Source of the DNA: Candidatus Eiseniibacteriota bacterium
Lineage (GTDB): Bacteria; Eisenbacteria; RBG-16-71-46
DNA length: 16,809 nucleotides
Direction: 5' to 3'
Assembly (NCBI GenBank): GCA_031364845.1
Contig: JANLWX010000084.1
Coordinates: 1 to 16,809, forward strand
Shown: in pieces, positions 7,820 through 15,450 of the stretch
Position numbering within the stretch: position 1 is the first letter of the stretch
Layout of the letters: each line of letters begins with the position of its first letter
Made by a program: the position numbers and the translations under genes
Notes under the pieces: model-generated
The model's input: only the letters and a program-made list of their open reading frames with translations
Told to the model about the DNA's origin: nothing
The model's database searches: none

Positions 7820-8617
7820 ATGGAGACACTGCTCGACCGCGTGCGGCTCGGAACCTCGGGCTATTCGTTTCCCGACTGGGTCGGACCGTTCTATCCGCCC
7901 GGCACCCGGTCCGGCGATTTCCTTGCGTACTACGCCCAACACTTCGACTGCGTCGAGGTGAACTCGACCTACTACCGCATCCCGAATCCGCTGGTGCTCG
8001 AGAAGATGCAGCAGAAGACGCCGGCCGGCTTCAAGTTCGTGGTCAAGCTCAACCAGGCGATGACGCACGAGTCGTCACGCGATCCGCAGCTCTATCGCGA
8101 CTTTTTGGCGCTGCTCGATCCGCTCAAAGACGCGGGCAAGTACGACGGCCTGCTCGCCCAGTTCCCGTGGGGCTTCCGCGGCAACCGGGAGAACGCCCAG
8201 CATCTGCTCGCGATGCGCGAGCTCTTGAACGACGAACCGCTGCACGTTGAGTTCCGCCACGATTCGTGGCTCACGCCCGAAGTCGCACCGTGGCTCACGA
8301 AGCACAAGCTCGGCTACTGCGTGGTGGATGAGCCGCAGTTGGAGCACCTGATGCCGCCCACACTGCTCGTGACCGGCGAGGACGCCTACGTGCGACTCCA
8401 CGGCAGGAACGCCGCCAACTGGTGGGGGAGCAAAGGCGGCGACCGTTACGACTACGACTACAGCCCCGATGAGTTGAAAGACTGGCTGAAGAAGATCCAG
8501 GAACTGGCGCAGACCGCCCGGCGCACCTACCTGTTCTTCAACAACTGCCACGCCGGCCAGGCCGCGCGCAACGCGAAGCTCATGCAGGAGATGCTGCGGC
8601 AACAGACGATCGCGTGA
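7820..8617 (+). CDS. DUF72 (YecE-like) domain protein
   Basis: RLGTSGYSFPDWVGPFYP, YAQHFDCVEVNSTYYRIP, QFP, VEFRHDSW, YVRLHGRN, RYDYDYS, YLFFNN. Starts 6 nt after dinB. Confidence 0.93.
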   Translation: METLLDRVRLGTSGYSFPDWVGPFYPPGTRSGDFLAYYAQHFDCVEVNSTYYRIPNPLVLEKMQQKTPAGFKFVVKLNQAMTHESSRDPQLYRDFLALLDPLKDAGKYDGLLAQFPWGFRGNRENAQHLLAMRELLNDEPLHVEFRHDSWLTPEVAPWLTKHKLGYCVVDEPQLEHLMPPTLLVTGEDAYVRLHGRNAANWWGSKGGDRYDYDYSPDELKDWLKKIQELAQTARRTYLFFNNCHAGQAARNAKLMQEMLRQQTIA

Positions 8618-8835
8618 GGGCCGGTGATTCCCGCACAGTCTGTAATAGTCCTTGACCAAAACCGGACAAGGGAGTTTCCTTTATACACCTCATCACGGGC
8701 AGACGGATCCTCCCATGAATTCCGTTTGTCATCTTGGCCGCGTGCGCTTCTGAAAGGGATCGACCGTCCTTGCTCCGGCAACGCGCGCCTTCACGCATGT
8801 AACTCATTCGCAGATCAAAAGGCAGGAGGCAACTG

Positions 8836-8934
8836 ATGAGGCCGCCGTCGAGCCCAACACGTCCGAGTAGCTCGAATTCCTCTCCTCTCTGCGCCTTGAT
8901 ACTGGCTGCGCTCGCCTCATGGTCATCGATGTGA
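8836..8934 (+). other. Probable true 5' end (signal peptide) of the large oxidase gene, one base out of frame
   Basis: AGGAGG (8824-8829) then ATG 8836 gives MRPPSSPTRPSSSNSSPLCALILAALASWSSM*. One extra C at 8915-8916 would join it to the 8919 ORF. ATG 8919 has no SD. Confidence 0.65.
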
Positions 8935-11900
8935 CGACCTGGATCGAGCCGAGCAGCGCATCGGACTACAACGTCAAGGGTCGTTGGGCGTGGGTGGACA
9001 CGACGCAGTGGGACAGCTTGCTCAGCGATCCCGGGCCTAACGAAGTACGCCTCAAGAGCGGGGGCGGCACGCACATGGCCTTGCTCCGCGACAGCACCGA
9101 CAAGTCGTGGGTGCTGCACTGGCACACGGGCGCCACCGCACGGTTGTGGCGTGCAGACTCGATGGCGACCTCGACTTTCTCCACACACGTGCCGACCGAC
9201 AGTGCCTTCAATTCGTTCTGCGCCGGGCATGCGGTAATGGCGGACGGTCGCCTGATGGTGGTGGGCGGGACCCTGGTCGGCATCACGGGCGAACAGCGAG
9301 TGTCGATCTTCAACGTGAACCGCATCGACGCGACGCATCGCGGCTGGACGTTCGCAGACACGCTCGACTATGGCCGCTGGTATGCGACCGTGACGGCACT
9401 GGGCGACGGCAAGGTGATGGCGATGTCGGGCACCCAATTCATGAAGATGCAGATGTTCGGCGGCCGCGAAACCGATGGCACCGAGAGCTTCATGAACGAT
9501 GCGCGGGTGCTCGATCTCGGCAAGCGGTTGCCGTGGGAAAGCGATCAGACTCCGACCACGCCGCGCCCCGCCGAGCGCCATGGACACAGCGCGAACTGGT
9601 ATGTGTCCGACGGAAGAACGGTGGTGTTCGGTGGACTCGTCGAAGGTGGCACCGTCGATACCGTGACGAACCCCGTCTGGCGTCTGTTTCTGGAGGACAA
9701 CGACTACGGGCAGAAGTGGACATGGAACAACCCGGTCACCGTCGGCGACGCCGATTACTCCACAGAATATTTGGGCCGTCCGCGACCGCGGCATCGGCAC
9801 GCGGCGACCATCGTCGACACCTCCCTATTCATCTTCGGCGGAATCGGCAAAGACGGGAGCAGCAACGATGTGGTGCTGGACGATCTGTGGCGGCTCAATC
9901 TCGTAACGCTCCAATGGAAGAAGTTCATCCTCAGCGGTGCGCCTGGAGCGCGCTATGGACACACGATGGGGGCCGACAGCCTCGCGAAGCCCGACACGAG
10001 CGCGCACCGTCCCGTGCTCCTGGTCTATGGCGGGCGGAGTTCATCGAGCAGCTATGCCGATGGCGACGTTTGGGTGTTGACGGTAAACGGCTCGCAAGGA
10101 GAACTGCCCCTGAGCTGGCGACGGGTGACTCCCGGGGGTTCGACGCCGGGGCAGCGCGAGGGACATGTGGCGGTGATGGATCGGCCGCTGGACCATCGGA
10201 TGATCGTGTTCGGCGGCGATCGTTCGAGCGGTGGTCTGGGAAACGATGTGTGGGAATTAAAGCCGGCGTCGGACTGGACGTGGACCAACATCAGTCCGGG
10301 ATCGGGTTCGACACCCTCGGCGCGCACACGGCATGCGGCGATCTACGATGGCGAGTGGCAACGGCTCTTGGTGTTCGGCGGCGATACGAATACCGGAAGC
10401 GGCGGCGAGGTTGCCGACCTGTGGTCGCTGCCGTTGGATTTGGGTTCTCCCACGTGGCAGCAACAGTGGCATGGCAGCGCGCCCGCGGCGCGACAGGGTC
10501 ATGCGGCGGTGTTCGATGCGCGGGCCTACGAGGCCAAGGTTCCTGAGCGCTACTCGGCGGGCAGCAACACGTGGGAGCAGTTTACGAGTGCTCCCAGGTG
10601 GCAGGTGGACTACCCGTTCATGCACCAGTTGAGGAACGGAAAGCTGTTGTACGGCGGCAACGGACCGGCGAAGCGGGATACGAGTTGGATCTTCGATCCG
10701 GCCGCTCCCGCGTGGACGGACTCGGCCGTGAGTGGTTTGCTCGGCGGATCGTCGATCATGACCGGTGCAACCGCCGACACGGTGATGAAGTTCGGGGCTA
10801 CGGATCATCCGGATGTGGATGCTTTGAATGGCGAGGGGCGCTACGCGCTGGTTGATTCGATGAGCGGTGCGACGACGTGGGCTGAAATTGATGCATTGCC
10901 AGGTGGACTCAAGCGCAGATATCACAACCTGACGATCGTGCCAGATGGGCGTGCTCTCCTAACGGGAGGCATTCGTAGCGACTCGAAAGGGGCGGACGAC
11001 AAGCCCGTCTATTCACTGACGCCCTACTTCTACGGCAGTAAGAAGTGGGGCGGGGCATTGGCGGACGATCTCGCCCGCCGCAGCTATCACTCGACGGCAA
11101 TGTTGTTGCCGGACGCACGCATCCTGTGCGCGAGCGGCATCCCCATCGACGACACGCTCCACGCCACGGTCTACTCGCCTCCCTATCTCTACAGCAACGG
11201 CACCACGCTCGCGACGCGCCCGTTCGTCACCAAAATGCCGAGCTACACCTCCTTCCACTACGGCGAGCCTTTGTGGGTGGGGGTGGATGCGGCCTCGATC
11301 TCGACGATCAGCATCGTGTCGCTGATCCGTCCCGGATCGGTGACGCACGGGTTCGACCAGAATCAGCGCTACATCCGTCCACTGTTCACGAAGGACGTGA
11401 CGAACAAGCGCATGCGCGTGCTGATCCCGCCCAATCCTAATCACGTGCCACCCGGCGACTATCTGCTGTTTGCGGTGCGCAGCGACGGCGTGCCGTGGGT
11501 CGCGAAGTGGGTGAGGGTCGAAGCCGAGACCGACGCGACCGCACCCGCGGCGGTGGAAGATCTGGATGTAATCGTCGACTATCCGTCGACGGTCTATCTA
11601 TCGTGGACTGCACAGGGCGATGACGGTACCGGTCCCCGTACCGCCCGCAGGCACGAGGTGCGCTATTCGACTTCTCCGATCACCGAGGGAAACTGGAGTT
11701 CGGCGAGCCTCGCGCACCTCGGGGGACCGAAGCCCGCGGGTGACGCCGAGTTCGTAGGGGTAGTCGGTCTGGGAGCCTGTTCCTATTACGCAGCGATGAA
11801 GACGTTCGATGAGCAGGACAATGCCTCGGCGCTCAGCAACGTTGTCGAGTTCGAGATGGGAGGATGCGGTGGCGGAGCATCGAGCCGTCGCGCTCACGAG

Positions 11901-12968
11901 CGGACGCTGCGCAGCGAGACTTCGACGGCGATGATGCAGGGTGAGGGTCACGTGGGCGTGGTGCGATTCGGACGATCCGTTGGTACGAGCGTTCAGATCG
12001 TCAACGTGGGTACGAGTCCGCTTGCGATTGACTCGCTCGGGATGGTGGTTGCGACCGAGTCAGGCGACAGCGTGGCGATCACAGTGCAAGGTACACTCGA
12101 ACTCGCCACCAGCGAAGCGGTGGCGTCGATCCGAAGCTCGATCGCGGGAGAAGTCCGGGCACACATTGCGGCAGGCTACGACGCGGCCCCGGGTGAGACC
12201 CTGACCGTAGACGTGGGTGGCCAGGCGACGGCTCTGCGGGTGAAGGCGCTCGCCGTCGAGACGGCGAGCGAAGCATCTGCATCCGGAATCGTGGTCGAGA
12301 CCTGTTCCGGTGACCAGTGGGGTCAGAAGCGCAGGATCTACCCCGGGTCCGAAGCGGGAACCTGGATTGTGGAAGTTGCGGGTGACAGCGCGCGACTGGT
12401 GTTCCATGGCGGCTACACCATCGAAGCGTTCGATGAGCTGACGCCAACGGCGAAGGTGCCGGCCGTGCGTGCGTTGGCGCGAGCGGAGTTCGAGCACTCG
12501 AGCATCGAAACCCTGGACCTGAGTTCGGGAAGCGCGGCTGACCCCATCATCGTGCAGCCGGGCGAACACGTTCGAGTCGGGTTCGACGACGAGGCCCCGC
12601 AGGAAGGCCGTAGCGCGTTCATCGCGCTGAGAACCCGATCACCGAGCACCGCCGAGCAGACCCGCAGTACCGGAACGCAAACGCTACCGGTCCAGTTCGC
12701 GCTCGGACAGAACAAACCCAATCCGTTCGGAGATGGCACCCTCATCCGCTTCGAACTGCCGCGTAGAGCCCGTGTGGATCTGGAAGTGTTCGACGTCCAT
12801 GGGCGGCGCATCAAGCGGCTGGCGCGAGGTGAGTGGGCGGCGGGTTATCACGCCCTCGAGTGGAATGGGCGTGATGCGGAAGGGCGTCGAGTTGGTGCGG
12901 GCGTTTACCTCTACCGGATGACCGCAGGCTCGTTCACGAAGAGCCGGAAACTCGTGGTGCTGCCGTGA
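8919..12968 (+). CDS. Multidomain copper radical oxidase-like protein (galactose/glyoxal oxidase family, AA5): Kelch propeller with nested second Kelch propeller, DUF1929 E-set domain, FN3, unknown region, FlgD-Ig/T9SS-like CTD
   Basis: FCAGH (Cys101), GRWY (Tyr155), RSYHS (Tyr723-His724), SVTHGFDQNQR (His810) and PPGDYLLF. FN3 LSWTAQGDDG...RYSTSPIT. CTD QNKPNPF...WNGRD..G..V.AGVYLYRM...KLVVL. Confidence 0.88.
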   Translation: MVIDVTTWIEPSSASDYNVKGRWAWVDTTQWDSLLSDPGPNEVRLKSGGGTHMALLRDSTDKSWVLHWHTGATARLWRADSMATSTFSTHVPTDSAFNSFCAGHAVMADGRLMVVGGTLVGITGEQRVSIFNVNRIDATHRGWTFADTLDYGRWYATVTALGDGKVMAMSGTQFMKMQMFGGRETDGTESFMNDARVLDLGKRLPWESDQTPTTPRPAERHGHSANWYVSDGRTVVFGGLVEGGTVDTVTNPVWRLFLEDNDYGQKWTWNNPVTVGDADYSTEYLGRPRPRHRHAATIVDTSLFIFGGIGKDGSSNDVVLDDLWRLNLVTLQWKKFILSGAPGARYGHTMGADSLAKPDTSAHRPVLLVYGGRSSSSSYADGDVWVLTVNGSQGELPLSWRRVTPGGSTPGQREGHVAVMDRPLDHRMIVFGGDRSSGGLGNDVWELKPASDWTWTNISPGSGSTPSARTRHAAIYDGEWQRLLVFGGDTNTGSGGEVADLWSLPLDLGSPTWQQQWHGSAPAARQGHAAVFDARAYEAKVPERYSAGSNTWEQFTSAPRWQVDYPFMHQLRNGKLLYGGNGPAKRDTSWIFDPAAPAWTDSAVSGLLGGSSIMTGATADTVMKFGATDHPDVDALNGEGRYALVDSMSGATTWAEIDALPGGLKRRYHNLTIVPDGRALLTGGIRSDSKGADDKPVYSLTPYFYGSKKWGGALADDLARRSYHSTAMLLPDARILCASGIPIDDTLHATVYSPPYLYSNGTTLATRPFVTKMPSYTSFHYGEPLWVGVDAASISTISIVSLIRPGSVTHGFDQNQRYIRPLFTKDVTNKRMRVLIPPNPNHVPPGDYLLFAVRSDGVPWVAKWVRVEAETDATAPAAVEDLDVIVDYPSTVYLSWTAQGDDGTGPRTARRHEVRYSTSPITEGNWSSASLAHLGGPKPAGDAEFVGVVGLGACSYYAAMKTFDEQDNASALSNVVEFEMGGCGGGASSRRAHERTLRSETSTAMMQGEGHVGVVRFGRSVGTSVQIVNVGTSPLAIDSLGMVVATESGDSVAITVQGTLELATSEAVASIRSSIAGEVRAHIAAGYDAAPGETLTVDVGGQATALRVKALAVETASEASASGIVVETCSGDQWGQKRRIYPGSEAGTWIVEVAGDSARLVFHGGYTIEAFDELTPTAKVPAVRALARAEFEHSSIETLDLSSGSAADPIIVQPGEHVRVGFDDEAPQEGRSAFIALRTRSPSTAEQTRSTGTQTLPVQFALGQNKPNPFGDGTLIRFELPRRARVDLEVFDVHGRRIKRLARGEWAAGYHALEWNGRDAEGRRVGAGVYLYRMTAGSFTKSRKLVVLP

Positions 12969-15268
12969 TCCGAGCGAGAGTCATGACGGCGGTCGTCTCG
13001 ATCGTGTTCATCTCTTCTCCTGCCTTCACGCAGGTGATCGGATCGAACTTCCTGTTGCCACCGTGTTCAAAGGCTGAGTACGTACCGGCTGTGGCCGCGC
13101 AGGGCAATGTTCTTCTCGCGTCGTGGCGAGGAGCGTCCTGCCCGCAGGGCTACTTCAGGGTCGCCGCCTCGCGCGACGGCGGGGCAAGCTGGCAGGATGC
13201 ACCGCCCCCGTTCTTCGACATCTTCAACCTCCCGGTTTCGATCTGTGCCGGAGACTCGGGAAGGTTTTATGCGGCCGCAGGGACGCTCGGATCGAGTATC
13301 GGCAGATCGATGGAGATGTACGAGGGCCGCTTCGTAGGCTCGCTGTTTCGCTGGCGACGGCTGACCAATCCGCTGCCAGATATTTTTGGAGGTGGCCGCA
13401 GCGGATATCCGCTGGGGATTCATATACGCTTCGACCCGACCACTCGCAATTTGTACGTCACCTTTTCGGACGAGAGGCGTGTGGATGGCCCGGATGAATA
13501 CTGGGTCACGTTCGTGCGATCCACGGACATGGGCGTGACGTGGAGCACCCCGATGGCGTTGACGGGACCGGAGTCGAACGGGGCGCAGCCGGTGGTTGGA
13601 ATTGCCGGAGAGTTGAGCGTGGTCTGGCAAAACTACGTGACGGAGAAGCTTGTGGGTCGGCGCTCGCCCGACTACGGGGCGACGTTTGGATCCGAGTTCG
13701 ATTTGGTGCCGATCCGCGATAACGTCGCGTTAGCGCCATCTGCGTGGGATGGGCCTACCATGAGAAACCCGGCCTACCCGTGGGCGGCGAGCATGAAGGT
13801 GCCGCCGACGTTCGGCATAGCCGTGGATCGCAGCAATGGACCACGACGCGGCACTTGGTACGCGGTGACCGCGGAACATGCGACTGGGTCGATCGGGCCG
13901 TTGACAGCCTCACGGGGTGAGATCGAGCCCAATCGAACTTTTGCCACTGCAACCCAGATCGCGATCGGAGAGGATGTCTCCGGCGGCTTACCGAACGAAG
14001 AGTTTTTCTACGATGCCGATGTATTCAAGTTCTATGGAGAGCAAGGTCGCACGGTATGGCTTAATGGCGGATCGAACTATCCGGTCGAGCTGGTGAGTAT
14101 GGGTTGTGCGACCGACTCCGGGGCCGTCGAGAGCACGTCCGTGGGCAGCTTCAACGTCACGGCGTACGGTCCGGTGCCGGGTGCGATCTACACGCTGCCG
14201 AGCAGCGGGTGGTACAAACTGGTACCGGGCGGCGCGATCGGCACTGAAGTCGGGTACGTCATCAGTCTCAGGGACTACTTCATCGACCCGAACTCCGTGG
14301 CCCGCGATCACCGCGATATCCTGCTGACGTCATCGACCGACGGCGGGGTGACGTGGTCGCCCAAAGTGCGCGTGAGCGACGGGCCGGTCGGGAGCGACGA
14401 TTCGTTTCCGGAAGTGGTGGTGGATGGTTCGGGGCGGGTGCACGTCGCATGGTACGACCGACGTGACGCCGTCCACTGCGGCAACGTGGCGAACACCTAC
14501 TGGAGCTATTCGGACGACGGTGGACAAACGTTCCGCCCGGCCGCGAAGGTGAGCGAAGAGAGCAGCCAGGCTGTGAACAACTGGACGGTCGGGGAGAACC
14601 TCGGCCTTGCCGCATTTGGTGAGAAAGTCTACGTGCTGTGGGCGCGCGTCCCTTCCGGGGCCAGTTCCGACATTTATGGTGCGGTCATCACCGACTTCCC
14701 GACCGCCGTGCTCATCTCCGGGTTCAGAGCAGAGGAAAGTGGTGGCCGTCACGAACTTCGCTGGCGGGCGAGTGATGTCGCGCAGGTGCGGGAGTTCCGG
14801 ATCCACCGGTCGGTCAACGATGGCGAGTATCAGTTCGCAGGGACGGTCGCACCGGGCGGCGATGGCGACTACCGGTGGCATGATGAAGGCGTCGTGGCCG
14901 GGACGCGTTATCGATACCGTCTTGAAGTTGTAAGGCTCGAGGGTGCTTCCCTGTGGGAAGGCCCGGTCGAGTTGTCGATCGCTTTGCCCGCGATGCGTCT
15001 CGCATGGCGGGGCGCAACGCCCAATCCCTTCGCGGACCGGGTCGAGCTCGAACTGGAATCCACGGACCCGGGAGCAACACGCGTCGCCGTGTACGACGTG
15101 ACCGGCCACGAAGTGGTGCAGTTGCAAGTGAATCAGGGAGGTGACCGGCCCGTGGTTCGCTGGAACGGTCGCGATCGCTCCGGGCGCCCGGTGTCCCCGG
15201 GGGTATACGTTGTGCGAGCGCAACTCGGAGCACGAACCGTGGTCCGGCAGGTCGTGCGCATGAAGTGA
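12965..15268 (+). CDS. Secreted BNR/Asp-box beta-propeller protein with nested PPC-like domain, FN3-like domain and FlgD-Ig/T9SS-like CTD
   Basis: GTG start overlaps the upstream stop (GTGA). Signal peptide MIRARVMTAVVSIVFISSPAFT. Five Asp-boxes: SRDGGASW, STDMGVTW, SPDYGATF, STDGGVTW, SDDGGQTF. EIEPN..F.TA...DADVFKF module. CTD PNPF...VYDVTG...WNGRD.SG..VSPGVYVVR. Confidence 0.85.
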   Translation: MIRARVMTAVVSIVFISSPAFTQVIGSNFLLPPCSKAEYVPAVAAQGNVLLASWRGASCPQGYFRVAASRDGGASWQDAPPPFFDIFNLPVSICAGDSGRFYAAAGTLGSSIGRSMEMYEGRFVGSLFRWRRLTNPLPDIFGGGRSGYPLGIHIRFDPTTRNLYVTFSDERRVDGPDEYWVTFVRSTDMGVTWSTPMALTGPESNGAQPVVGIAGELSVVWQNYVTEKLVGRRSPDYGATFGSEFDLVPIRDNVALAPSAWDGPTMRNPAYPWAASMKVPPTFGIAVDRSNGPRRGTWYAVTAEHATGSIGPLTASRGEIEPNRTFATATQIAIGEDVSGGLPNEEFFYDADVFKFYGEQGRTVWLNGGSNYPVELVSMGCATDSGAVESTSVGSFNVTAYGPVPGAIYTLPSSGWYKLVPGGAIGTEVGYVISLRDYFIDPNSVARDHRDILLTSSTDGGVTWSPKVRVSDGPVGSDDSFPEVVVDGSGRVHVAWYDRRDAVHCGNVANTYWSYSDDGGQTFRPAAKVSEESSQAVNNWTVGENLGLAAFGEKVYVLWARVPSGASSDIYGAVITDFPTAVLISGFRAEESGGRHELRWRASDVAQVREFRIHRSVNDGEYQFAGTVAPGGDGDYRWHDEGVVAGTRYRYRLEVVRLEGASLWEGPVELSIALPAMRLAWRGATPNPFADRVELELESTDPGATRVAVYDVTGHEVVQLQVNQGGDRPVVRWNGRDRSGRPVSPGVYVVRAQLGARTVVRQVVRMK

Positions 15269-15312
15269 CCTGATCGACATCCTGAAGCGCGGTCTTTCCC
15301 GGCACTCAAGGC

Positions 15313-15347
15313 TTGAGAATTCTAAAGTCAGACTTCAGATCTCTCAA
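15313..15347. repeat. 35-bp AT-rich imperfect inverted repeat
   Basis: TTGAGAATTCTAAAGTC-A-GACTTCAGATCTCTCAA: 14 of 17 positions pair about A15330. It overlaps a second palindrome, CTCAAG-G-CTTGAG (15305-15317). Confidence 0.6.
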
Positions 15348-15361
15348 AAAGCCGCCGAGGC

Positions 15362-15379
15362 AGGATTGCAAGGATTGCA
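15362..15379 (+). repeat. Perfect 9-bp tandem direct repeat AGGATTGCA x2
   Basis: AGGATTGCA at 15362-15370 and 15371-15379, 8 nt upstream of the putative treS -35. Confidence 0.6.
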
Positions 15380-15387
15380 CCCGCCGC

Positions 15388-15416
15388 TTGCGTTCTCCCG
15401 ATCCGCCCGCTATAGG
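15388..15416 (+). promoter_or_regulatory. Putative sigma70-type promoter of treS
   Basis: TTGCGT (15388-15393) - 17 nt - TATAGG (15411-15416); GGAGG SD at 15440-15444. Confidence 0.45.
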
Positions 15417-15450
15417 TCCAAGCCACCCAGGCTGGCCACGGAGGCGAACG

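Noticed and set aside
8641..8690. TTGACC (8652) and TATACA (8682) as promoter of the oxidase operon
   Set aside because: The spacing is 24 nt, and the hexamer at 17 nt (TTTCCT) is a poor -10. A promoter is likely in this area but I cannot place it.
8700..8830. Possible riboswitch or ncRNA in the oxidase leader
   Set aside because: Only short, weak hairpins and no recognisable aptamer consensus. An Rfam/Infernal scan would settle it.
8624..8836. 70-aa ORF whose TGA overlaps ATG 8836
   Set aside because: No SD, atypical codons and no recognisable motif; it spans the likely promoter/UTR. Cannot be fully excluded.
9435..10526. Kelch repeats as a DNA repeat array, CRISPR or DGR-type element
   Set aside because: Similarity is at protein level only. 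No conserved nucleotide repeats, spacers, cas genes or reverse transcriptase are present in the window.
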